Source of the DNA: the human T2T-CHM13v2.0 reference genome, Homo sapiens
Direction: 5' to 3' (one strand)
DNA: 64,000 bases
NCBI RefSeq assembly: GCF_009914755.1
Contig: NC_060943.1
Under the pieces are notes generated by a model. That model saw only the letters and a list, made by a program, of their open reading frames with translations, ran no database searches and was not told where the DNA came from. This document shows, piece by piece, positions 11,551 through 24,129 of the stretch. The translations under genes were made by a program, and so were the position numbers. Within the stretch, counting starts at the first letter, position 1. Each line of letters begins with the position of its first letter.

Positions 11551-14500
11551 GACCTCTTTGAGGCCTTCGTTGGAAACGGGATTTCTTCATATTCTGCTAG
11601 AGAGAAGAATTCTCAGTAACTTCATTGTGTTGTGTGTATTCAACTCACAGATTTCAACGATCCTTTACACAGAGCAGACTTGAAACACTCTTTTTCTGGA
11701 ATTTGCAAGTGGAGATTTCAGCCGCTTTGAGGTCAATGGTAGAATAGGAAATATCTTCCTATAGAAACTAGACAGAATGATTCTCAGAAACTCCTTTGTG
11801 ATGTGTGCGTTCAACTCACAGAGTTTAACCATTCTTTTCATAGAGCAGTTAGGAAACACTCTGTTTGTAAAGTCTGCAAGTGGATATTCAGACCTCCTTG
11901 AGGCCTTCGTTGGAAACGGGATTTCTTCCTATTATGCTAGACAGAAGAATTCTCAGTAACTTCCTTGTGTTGTGTGTATTCAACTCACAGAGTTGAATGA
12001 TCCTTTACACAGAGCAGACTTGAAACACTCTTTTTGTGGAATTTGCAAGTGGAGATTTCAGCCGCTTTGAGTTCAATGGTAGAATAGGAAATATCTTCCT
12101 ATAGAAACTAGACAGAATGATTCTCAGAAACTCCTTTGTGATGTGTGCGTTCAACTCACAGAGTTTAACCTTTCTTTTCATAGAGCAGTTAGGAAACACT
12201 CTGTTTGTAAAGTCTGCAAGTGGATATTCAGACCTCCTTGAGGCCTTCGTTGGAAACGGGATTTCTTCCTATTATGCTAGACAGAAGAATTCTCAGTAAC
12301 TTCCTTGTGTTGTGTGTATTCAACTCACAGAGTTGAACCATCCTTTACACAGAGCAGACTTGAAACACTCTTTTTGTGGAAATTGCAATTGGAGATTTCA
12401 GCCGCTTTGAGGTCAATGGTAGAAAAGGAAATATCTTCGTATAAAAACTAGACAGAATGATTCTCAGAAACTCCTTTGTGATGTGTGCGTTCAACTCACA
12501 GAGTTTAACCTTTCTTTTCATAGAGCAGTTAGGAAACACTCTGTTTGTAAAGTCTGCAAGTGGATATTCAGACATCCTTGAGGCTTTCGTTGGAAACGGG
12601 ATTTCTTCATATTCTGCTAGAAAGAAGAATTCTCAGTAACTTCCTTGTGTTGTGTGTATTCAACTCACAGACTTGAATGATCTTTTACACAGAACAGTCT
12701 TGAAACACTCTTTTTGTGGAATTTGCTAGTGGAGATTTCAGCCACTTTGAGGTCAATGGTAGAATAGGAAATATCTTCCTATAGAAACTAGACAGAATGA
12801 TTCTCAGAAACTCCTTTGTGATGTGTGCGTTCAACTCACAGAGTTTAACCTTTCTTTTCATAGAGCAGTTAGGAAACACTCTGTTTGTAAAGTCTGCAAG
12901 TGGATATTCAGACATCCTTGAGGCTTTCGTTGGAAACGGGATTTCTTCATATTCTGCTAGACAGAAGAATTCTCAGAAACTTCGTTGTGTTGTGTGTTTT
13001 CAACTCACAGAGTTCAACGATCCTTTACACAGAGTAGACTTGAAACACTCTTTTTGTGGAATTGGCAGGGTGGCGATTTCAGCCGCTTTGAGGTCAATGG
13101 TAGAAAAGGAAATATCTTCGTATAAAAACTAGACAGAGTGATTCTCAGAAACTCCTTTGTGATGTCTGCGTTCAACTCACAGAGTTTAACGTTTCTTTTC
13201 ATAGAGCAGTTAGGAAACACTCTGTTTGTAAAGTCTGCAAGTGGATATTCAGACCTCCTTGAGGCCTTCGTTGGAAACGGGATTTCTTCATATTCTGCTA
13301 TACAGAAGAATTCTCAGAAACTTCCTTGTGTTGTGTGTATTCAACTCACAGAGTTGAACGATCCTTTACACAGAACAGACTTGAGACACTCTTTTTGTGG
13401 AATTTGCAAGTGGAGATTTCAGCCGCTTTGAGGTCAATGGTAGAAAAGGAAATATCTTCGTATAAAAACTAGACAGAATGATTCTCAGAAACTCCTTTGT
13501 GATGTGTGCGTTCAACTCACAGAGTTTAACCTTTCTTTTCACAGAGCAGTTAGGAAACACTCTGTTTGTAAAGTCTGCAAGTGGATATTCAGACCTCCTT
13601 GAAGCCTTCGTTGGAAACGGGATTTCTTCATATTATGCTAGACAGAAGAATTCTCAGTAACTTCCTTGTGTTGTGTGTATTCAACTCACAGAGTTGAACG
13701 ATCCTTTACACAGAGCAGACTTGAAACACTCTTTTTGTGGAATTTGCAAGTGGAGATTTCAGCCGCTTTGAGTTCAATGGTAGAATAGGAAATATCTTCC
13801 TATAGAAACTAGACAGAATGATTCTCAGAAACTCCTTTGTGATGTGTGCGTTCAACTCACAGAGTTTAACCTTTCTTTTCATAGAGCAGTTAGGAAACAC
13901 TCTGTTTGTAAAGTCTGCAAGTGGATATTCAGACCTCCTTCAGGCCTTCTTTGGAAACGGGATTTCTTCCTATTATGCTAGACAGAAGAATTCTCAGAAA
14001 CTTCCTTGTGTTGTGTGTATTCAACTCACAGAGTTGAACGATCGTTTACACAGAGCAGACTTGAGACACTCTTTTTGTGGAATTTGTAAGTGGAGATTTC
14101 AGCCGCTTTGAGGTCAATGGTAGAAAAGGAAATATCTTCATATAAAAACTAGACAGAATGATTCTCAGAAACTCCTTTGTGATGTGTGCGTTCAACTCAC
14201 AGAGTTTAACCTTTCTTTTCATAGTGCAGTTAGGAAACACTCTGTTTGTAAAGTCTGCAAGTGGATATTCAGACCTCTTTGAGGCCTTCGTTGGAAACGG
14301 GATTTCTTCATATTATGCTAGACAGAAGAATTCTCAGTAACTTCCTTGTGTTGTGTGTATTCAACTCACAGAGTTGAACGATGCTTTACACAGAGCAGAC
14401 TTGAAACACTCTTTTTGTGGAATTTGCAAGTGGAGATTTCAGCCGCTTTGAGGTCAATGGTAGAAAAGGAAATATCTTCGTATAAAAACTAGACAGAATG

Positions 14501-15749
14501 ATTCTCAGAAACTCCTTTGTGATGTGTGCATTCAACTCACATTTTAACCTTTCTTTTCATAGAGCAGTTAGGAAACACTCTGTTTGTAAAGTCTGCAAGT
14601 GGATATTCAGACCTCCTTGAGGCCTTCGTTGGAAACGGGATTTCTTCATATTATGCTAGACAGAAGAATTCTCAGTAACTTCCTTGTGTTGTGTGTATTC
14701 AACTCACAGAGTTGAACGATCCTTTACACAGAGCAGACTTGAAACACTCTTTTTGTGGAATTTGCAAGTGGAGATTTCAGCCGCTTTGAGGTCAATGGTA
14801 GAATAGGAAATATCTTCCTATAGAAACTAGACAGAATGATTCTCAGAAACTCCTTTGTGATGTGTGCGTTCAACTCACAGAGTTCAACCTTTCTTTTCAT
14901 AGAGCAGTTGGGAAACACTCTGTTTGTAAAGTCTGCAAGTGCATATTCATACTTCTTTGAGGCCTTCGTTGGAAGCGGGATTTCTTCATATTCTGCTAGA
15001 CAGAAGAATTCTCAGTAACTTCCTTGTGTTGTGTGTATTCAACTCACAGAGTTGAATGATCTTTTACACAGAACAGTCTTGAAACACTCTTTTTGTGGAA
15101 TTTGCAAGTGGAGATTTCAGCCGCTTTGAGGTCAATGGTAGAATAGGAAATATCTTCCTATAGAAACTAGACAGAATGATTCTCAGAAACTCCTTTGTGA
15201 TGTGTGCGTTCAACTCAGAGTTTAACCTTTCTTTTCATAGAGCAGTTAGGAAACACTCTGTTTGTAAAGTCTGCAAGTGGACATTCAGACATCTTTGAGG
15301 CTTTCGTTGGAAACGGGATTTCTTCATATTCAGCTAGACAGAAGAATTCTCAGAAACTTCGATTTGTTGTGTGTTTTCAAATCACAGAGTTCAACGATCC
15401 TTTACACAGAGTAGACTTGAAACACTATTTTTGTGGAATTGGCAGGGTGGAGATTTCAGCCGCTTTGAGGTCAATGGTAGAAAAGGAAATATCTTCGTAT
15501 AAAAACTAGACAGAGTGATTCTCAGAAACTCCTTTGTGATGTCTGCGTTCAACTCACAGAGTTTAACCTTTCTTTTCATAGAGCAGTTAGGAAACACTCT
15601 GTTTGTAAAGTCTGCAAGTGGATATTCAGACCTCCTTGAGGCCTTCGTTGGAAACGGGATTTCTACATATTATGCTAGACAGAAGAATTCTCAGTAACTT
15701 CCTTGTGTTGTGTGTATTCAACTCACAGAGTTGAACGATCCTTTACACA

Positions 15750-18700
15750 GAGTAGACTTGAAACACTCTTTTTGTGGAATTGGCAGGGTGGAGATTTCAG
15801 CCGCTTTGAGGTCAATGGTAGAAAAGGAAATATCTTCGTATAAAAACTAGACAGAGTGATTCTCAGAAACTCCTTTGTGATGTCTGCGTTCAACTCACAG
15901 AGTTTAACGTTTCTTTTCATAGAGCAGTTAGGAAACACTCTGTTTGTAAAGTCTGCAAGTGGATATTCAGACCTCCTTGAGGCCTTCGTTGGAAACGGGA
16001 TTTCTTCATATTCTGCTATACAGAAGAATTCTCAGAAACTTCCTTGTGTTGTGTGTATTCAACTCACAGAGTTGAACGATCGTTTACACAGAACAGACTT
16101 GAGACACTCTTTTTGTGGAATTTGTAAGTGGAGATTTCAGCCGCTTTGAGGTCAATGGTAGAAAAGGAAATATCTTCATATAAAAACTAGACAGAATGAT
16201 TCTCAGAAACTCCTTTGTGATGTGTGCGTTCAACTCACAGAGTTTAACCTTTCTTTTCATAGAGCAGTTAGGAAACACTCTGTTTGTAAAGTCTGCAAGT
16301 GGATATTCAGACATCTTTGAGGCTTTCGTTGGAAACAGGATTTCTTCATATTCTGCTAGACAGAAGAATTCTCAGAAACTTCGTTGTGTTGTGTGTTTTC
16401 AACTCACAGAGTTGAACGATCCTTTACACAGAGTAGACTTGAAACACTCTTTTTGTGGAATTTGCAAGTGGAGATTTCAGACGCTTTGAGGTCAATGGTA
16501 GAAAAGGAAATATCTTCGTATAAAAACTAGACAGAATGATTCTGAGAAACTCCTTTGTGATGTGTGCGTTCAACTCACAGAGTTTAACCTTTCTTTTCAC
16601 AGAGCAGTTAGGAAACACTCTGTTTGTAAAGTCTGCAAGTGGATATTCAGACCTCCTTGAGGCCTTCGTTGGAAACGGGATTTCTTCATATTATGCTAGA
16701 CAGAAGAATTCTCAGTAACTTCCTTGTGTTGTGTGTATTCAACCCACAGAGTTGAACGATCCTTTACACAGAGCAGACTTGAAACACTCTTTTTGTGAAA
16801 TTTGCAAGTGGAGATTTCAGCCGCTTTGTGGTCAATGGTAGAATAGGAAATATCTTCCTATAGAAACTAGACAGAATGATTCTGAGAAACTCCTTTGTGA
16901 TGTGTGCGTTCAACTCACAGAGTTTAACCTTTCTTTTCATAGAGCAGTTAGGAAACACTCTGTTTGTAAAGTCTGCAAGTGGATATTCAGACCTCCTTGA
17001 AGCCTCCGTTGGAAACGGGATTTCTTCATATTATGCTAGACAGAAGAAATCTCAGTAACTTCCTTGTGTTTTGTGTATTCAACTCACAGAGTTGAACGAT
17101 CCTTTACACAGAGCAGACTTGAAACACTCTTTTTGTGGAATTTGCAAGTGGAGATTTCAGCCGCTTTGAGTTCAATGGTAGAATAGGAAATATCTTCCTA
17201 TAGAAACTAGACAGAATGATTCTCAGAAACTCCTTTGTGATGTGTGCGTTCAACTCACAGAGTTTAACCTTACTTTTCATAGAGCAGTTAGGAAACACTC
17301 TGTTTGTAAAGTCTGCAAGTGGATATTCAGACATCTTTGAGGCCTTCGTTTGAAACGGGATTTCTTCATGTTCTGCTAGACAGAAGAATTCTCAGAAACT
17401 TCCTTGTGTTGTGTGTTTTCAACTCACAGAGTTGAACGATGCTTTACACAGAGTAGACTTGAAACACTCTTTTTGTGTAATTTGCAAGTGGAGATTTCAG
17501 CCGCTTTGAAGTCAATGGTAGAAAAGGAAATATCTTCGTATAAAAACTAGACAGAATGATTCTCAGAAACTCCTTTGTGATGTGTGCGTTCAACTCACAG
17601 AGTTTAACCTTTCTTTTCATAGAGCAGTTAGGAAACACTCTGTTTGTAAAGTCTGCAAGTGGATATTCTGACCTATTTGAGGCCTTCGTTGGAAACGGGA
17701 TTTCTTCATATTCTGCTAGAGAGAAGAATTCTCAGTAACTTCATTGTGTTGTGTGTATTCAACTCACAGATTTCAACGATCCTTTACACAGAGCAGACTT
17801 GAAACACTCTTTTTCTGGAATTTGCAAGTGGAGATTTCAGCCGCTTTGAGGTCAATGGTAGAATAGGAAATATCTTCCTATAGAAACTAGACAGAATGAT
17901 TCTCAGAAACTCCTTTGTGATGTGTGCGTTCAACTCACAGAGTTTAACCTTTCTTTTCATAGAGCAGTTAGGAAACACTCTGTTTGTAAAGTCTGCAAGT
18001 GGATATTCAGACCTCCTTGAGGCCTTCGTTGGAAACGGGATTTCTTCCTATTATGCTAGACAGAAGAATTCTCAGTAACTTCCTTGTGTTGTGTGTATTC
18101 AACTCACAGAGTTGAATGATCCTTTACACAGAGCAGACTTGAAACACTCTTTTTGTGGAATTTGCAAGTGGAGATTTCAGCCGCTTTGAGTTCAATGGTA
18201 GAATAGGAAATATCTTCCTATAGAAACTAGACAGAATGATTCTCAGAAACTCCTTTGTGATGTGTGCGTTCAACTCACAGAGTTTAACCTTTCTTTTCAT
18301 AGAGCAGTTAGGAAACACTCTGTTTGTAAAGTCTGCAAGTGGATATTCAGACCTCCTTGAGGCCTTCGTTGGAAACGGGATTTCTTCCTATTATGCTAGA
18401 CAGAAGAATTCTCAGTAACTTCCTTGTGTTGTGTGTATTCAACTCACAGAGTTGAACCATCCTTTACACAGAGCAGACTTGAAACACTCTTTTTGTGGAA
18501 ATTGCAAGTGGAGATTTCAGCCGCTTTGAGGTCAATGGTAGAAAAGGAAATATCTTCGTATAAAAACTAGACAGAATGATTCTCAGAAACTCCTTTGTGA
18601 TGTGTGCGTTCAACTCACAGAGTTTAACCTTTCTTTTCATAGAGCAGTTAGGAAACACTCTGTTTGTAAAGTCTGCAAGTGGATATTCAGACATCCTTGA

Positions 18701-18820
18701 GGGTTTCGTTGGAAACGGGATTTCTTCATATTCTGCTAGAAAGAAGAATTCTCAGTAACTTCCTTGTGTTGTGTGTATTCAACTCACAGACTTGAATGAT
18801 CCTTTACACAGAACAGTCTT
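15750..18820 (+). repeat. Dispersed copy of ~9.63-12.7 kb, offset 6119 bp (18 dimers)
   Basis: Shares the CAGG box (10205/16324), AGAGAAGAATT, TTCATTGTG, GATTTCAACG, TTTTCTGGAA, GAACCATCC and GGAAATTGC in the same order. Confidence 0.88.
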
Positions 18821-21560
18821 GAAACACTCTTTTTGTGGAATTTGCAAGTGGAGATTTCAGCCGCTTTGAGGTCAATGGTAGAATAGGAAATATCTTCCTA
18901 TAGAAACTAGACAGAATGATTCTCAGAAACTCCTTTGTGATGTGTGCGTTCAACTCACAGAGTTTAACCTTTCTTTTCATAGAGCAGTTAGGAAACACTC
19001 TGTTTGTAAAGTCTGCAAGTGGATATTCAGACATCCTTGAGGCTTTCGTTGGAAACGGGATTTCTTCATATTCTGCTAGAAAGAAGAATTCTCAGTAACT
19101 TCCTTGTGTTGTGTGTATTCAACTCACAGAGTTGAATGATCCTTTACACAGAACAGTCTTGAAACACTCTTTTTGTGGAATTTGCAAGTGGAGATTTCAG
19201 CCGCTTTGAGGTCAATGGTAGAATAGGAAATATCTTCCTATAGAAACTAGACAGAATGATTCTCAGAAACTCCTTTGTGATGTGTGCGTTCAACTCACAG
19301 AGTTTAACCTTTCTTTTCATAGAGCAGTTAGGAAACACTCTGTTTGTAAAGTCTGCAAGTGGATATTCAGACATCTTTGAGGCTTTCGTTGGAAACGGGA
19401 TTTCTTCATATTCTGCTATACAGAAGAATTCTCAGAAACTTCCTTGTGTTGTGTGTATTCAACTCACAGAGTTGAACGATCGTTTACACAGAGCAGACTT
19501 GAGACACTCTTTTTGTGGAATTTGTAAGTGGAGATTTCAGCCGCTTTGAGGTCAATGGTAGAAAAGGAAATATCTTCATATAAAAACTAGACAGAATGAT
19601 TCTCAGAAACTCCTTTGTGATGTGTGCGTTCAACTCACAGAGTTCAACCTTTCTTTTCATAGAGCAGTTGGGAAACACTCTGTTTGTAAAGTCTGCAAGG
19701 GCATATTCAGACTTCTTTGAGGCCTTCGTTGGAAGCGGGATTTCTTCATATTCTGCTAGACAGAAGAATTCTCAGTAACTTCCTTGTGTTGTGTGTATTC
19801 AACTCACAGAGTTGAACAATCCTTTACACAGAGCAGACTTGAAACACTCTTTTTGTGGAATTTGCAAGTGGAGATTTCAGCCGCTTTGAGGTCAATGGTA
19901 GAATAGGAAATATCTTCCTATAGAAACTAGACAGAATGATTCTCAGAAACTCCTTTGTGATGTGTGCGTTCAACTCACAGAGTTTAACCTTTCTTTTCAT
20001 AGAGCAGTTAGGAAACACTCTGTTTGTAAAGTCTGCAAGTGGATATTCAGACATTCTTGAGGCTTTCGTTGGAAACGGGATTTCTTCATATTCTGCTAGA
20101 AAGAAGAATTCTCAGTAACTTCCTTGTGTTGTGTGTATTCAACTCACAGAGTTGAATGATCCTTTACACAGAACAGTCTTGAAACACTCTTTTTGTGGAA
20201 TTTGCAAGTGGAGATTTCAGCCGCTTTGAGGTCAATGGTAGAAAAGGAAATATCTTCGTATAAAAACTAGACAGAATGATTCTCAGAAACTCCTTTGTGA
20301 TGTGTGCGTTCAACTCACAGAGTTTAACCTTTCTTTTCATAGAGCAGTTAGGAAACACTCTGTTTGTAAAGTCTGCAAGTGGATATTCAGACATCCTTGA
20401 GGGTTTCGTTGGAAACGGGATTTCTTCATATTCTGCTAGAAAGAAGAATTCTCAGTAACTTCCTTGTGTTGTGTGTATTCAACTCACAGACTTGAATGAT
20501 CCTTTACACAGAACAGTCTTGAAACACTCTTTTTGTGGAATTTGCAAGTGGAGATTTCAGCCGCTTTGAGGTCAATGGTAGAATAGGAAATATCTTCCTA
20601 TAGAAACTAGACAGAATGATTCTCAGAAACTCCTTTGTGATGTGTGCGTTCAACTCACAGAGTTTAACCTTTCTTTTCATAGAGCAGTTAGGAAACACTC
20701 TGTTTGTAAAGTCTGCAAGTGGATATTCAGACATCCTTGAGGCTTTCGTTGGAAACGGGATTTCTTCATATTCTGCTAGAAAGAAGAATTCTCAGTAACT
20801 TCCTTGTGTTGTGTGTATTCAACTCACAGAGTTGAATGATCCTTTACACAGAACAGTCTTGAAACACTCTTTTTGTGGAATTTGCAAGTGGAGATTTCAG
20901 CCGCTTTGAGGTCAATGGTAGAATAGGAAATATCTTCCTATAGAAACTAGACAGAATGATTCTCAGAAACTCCTTTGTGATGTGTGCGTTCAACTCACAG
21001 AGTTTAACCTTTCTTTTCATAGAGCAGTTAGGAAACACTCTGTTTGTAAAGTCTGCAAGTGGATATTCAGACATCTTTGAGGCTTTCGTTGGAAACGGGA
21101 TTTCTTCATATTCTGCTATACAGAAGAATTCTCAGAAACTTCCTTGTGTTGTGTGTATTCAACTCACAGAGTTGAACGATCGTTTACACAGAGCAGACTT
21201 GAAACACTCTTTTTGTGGAATTTGCAAGTGGAGATTTCAGCCGCTTTGAGGTCAATGGTAGAATAGGAAATATCTTCCTATAGAAACTAGACAGAATGAT
21301 TCTCAGAAACTCCTTTGTGATGTGTGCGTTCAACTCACAGAGTTTAACCTTTCTTTTCATAGAGCAGTTAGGAAACACTCTGTTTGTAAAGTCTGCAAGT
21401 GGATATTCAGACATTCTTGAGGCTTTCGTTGGAAACGGGATTTCTTCATATTCTGCTAGAAAGAAGAATTCTCAGTAACTTCCTTGTGTTGTGTGTATTC
21501 AACTCACAGAGTTGAATGATCCTTTACACAGAACAGTCTTGAAACACTCTTTTTGTGGAA
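18540..21560 (+). repeat. Tandem duplication of 1700 bp (5 dimers); second copy lacks one dimer
   Basis: GGGTTTCG at 18701/20401 (offset 1700) and ACATTCTTGA at 20051/21411 (offset 1360). Confidence 0.8.
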
Positions 21561-24129
21561 TTTGCAAGTGGAGATTTCAGCCGCTTTGAGGTCAATGTTA
21601 GAATAGGAAATATCTTCCTATAGAAACTAGACAGAATGATTCTCAGAAACTCCTTTGTGATGTGTGCGTTCAACTCACAGAGTTTAACCTTTCTTTTCAT
21701 AGAGCAGTTAGGAAACACTCTGTTTGTAAAGTCTGCAAGTGGATATTCAGACATCTTTGAGGCTTTCGTTGGAAACGGGATTTCTTCATATTCTGCTAGA
21801 CAGAAGAATTCTCAGAAACTTCGATGTGTTGTGTGTTTTCAAATCACAGAGTTCAACGATCCTTTACACAGAGTAGACTTGAAACACTCTTTTTGTGGAA
21901 TTGGCAGGGTGGAGATTTCAGCCGCTTTGAGGTCAATGGTAGAAAAGGAAATATCTTCGTATAAAAACTAGACAGAGTGATTCTCAGAAACTCCTTTGTG
22001 ATGTCTGCGTTCAACTCACAGAGTTTAACCTTTCTTTTCATAGAGCAGTTAGGAAACACTCTGTTTGTAAAGTCTGCAAGTGGATATTCAGACCTCCTTG
22101 AGGCCTGCGTTGGAAACGGGATTTCTACATATTATGCTAGACAGAAGAATTCTCAGTAACTTCCTTGTGTTGTGTGTATTCAACTCACAGAGTTGAACTA
22201 TCCTTTACACAGAGCAGACTTGAAACACTCTTTTTGTGGAATTTGCAAGTGGAGATTTCAGCCTCTTTGAGGTCAATGGTAGAATAGGAAATATCTTCCT
22301 ATAGAAACTAGACAGAATGATTCTGAGAAACTCCTTTGTGATGTGTGCGTTCAACTCACAGAGTTTAACCTTTCTTTTCATAGAGCAGTTAGGAAACACT
22401 CTGTTTGTAAAGTCTGCAAGTGGATATTCAGACCTCCTTGAGGCCTTCGTTGGAAAGGGGATTTCTTCCTATTATGCTAGACAGAAGAATTCTCAGTAAC
22501 TTCCTTGTGTTGTGTGTATTCAACTCACAGAGTTGAATGATCCTTTACACAGAGCAGACTTGAAACACTCTTTTTGTGGAATTTGCAAGTGGAGATTTCA
22601 GCCGCTTTGAGTTCAATGGTAGAATAGGAAATATCTTCCTATAGAAACTAGACAGAATGATTCTCAGAAACTCCTTTGTGATGTGTGCATTCAACTCACA
22701 GAGTTCAACCTTTCTTTTCATAGAGCAGTTGGGAAACACTCTGTTTGTAAAGTCTGCAAGTGGATATTCAGACTTCTTTGAGGCCTTCGTTGGAAGCGGG
22801 ATTTCTTCATATTCTGCTAGACAGAAGAATTCTCAGTAACTTCCTTTTGTTGTGTGTATTCAACTTACAGAGTTGAACGATCCTTTACACAGAGCAGACT
22901 TGAAACACTCTTTTTGTGGAATTTGCAAGTGGAGATTTCAGCCGCTTTGAGGTCAATGGTAGAATAGGAAATATCTTCCTATAGAAACCAGACAGAATGA
23001 TTCTCAGAAACTCCTTTGTGATGTGTGCGTTCAACTCACAGAGTTTAACCTTTCTTTTCATAGAGCAGTTAGGAAACACTCTGTTTGTAATGTCTGCAAG
23101 TGGATATTCAGACATCCTTGAGGCTTTCGTTGGAAACGGGATTTCTTCATATTCTGCTAGAAAGAAGAATTCTCAGTAACTTCCTTGTGTTGTGTGTATT
23201 CAACTCACAGACTTGAATGATCCTTTACACAGAACAGTCTTGAAAGACTCTTTTTGTGGAATTTGCAAGTGGAGATTTCAGCCGCTTTGAGGTCAATGGT
23301 AGAATAGGATATATCTTCTTGTAGAAACTAGACAGAATGATTCTCAGAAACTCCTTTGTGATGTGTGCGTTCAACTCACATAGTTTAACCTTTCTTTTCA
23401 TAGAGCAGTTAGGAAACACTCTGTTTGTAAAGTCTGCAAGTGGATATTCAGACATCCTAGAGGCTTTCGTTGGAAACGGGATTTCTTCATATTCTGCTAG
23501 ACAGAAGAATTCTCAGAAACTTCGTTGTGTTGTGTGTTTTCAACTCACAGAGTTCAACGATCCTTTACACAGAGTAGACTTGAAACACTCTTTTTGTGGA
23601 AGTGGCAGGGTGGAGATTTCAGCCGCTTTGAGGTCAATGGTAGAAAAGGAAATATCTTCGTATGAAAACTAGACAGAGTGATTCTCAGAAACTCCTTTGT
23701 GATGTCTGCGTTCAACTCACAGAGTTTAACCTTTCTTTTCATAGAGCAGTTAGGAAACACTCTGTTTGTAAAGTCTGCAAGTGGATATTCAGACCTCCTT
23801 GAGGCCTTCGTTGGAAACGGGATTTCTTCATATTCTGCTATACAGAAGAATTCTCAGAAACTTCCTTGTGTTGTGTTTATTCAACTCACAGAGTTGAACG
23901 ATCGTTTACACAGAACAGACTTGAGACACTCTTTTTGTGGAATTTGTAAGTGGAGATTTCAGCCGCTTTGAGGTCAATGGTAGAAAAGGAAATATCTTCA
24001 TATAAAAACTAGACAGAATGATTCTCAGAAACTCCTTTGTGATGTGTGCGTTCAACTCACAGAGTTTAACCTTTCTTTTCATAGAGCAGTTAGGAAACAC
24101 TCTGTTTGTAAAGTCTGCAAGTGGATATT

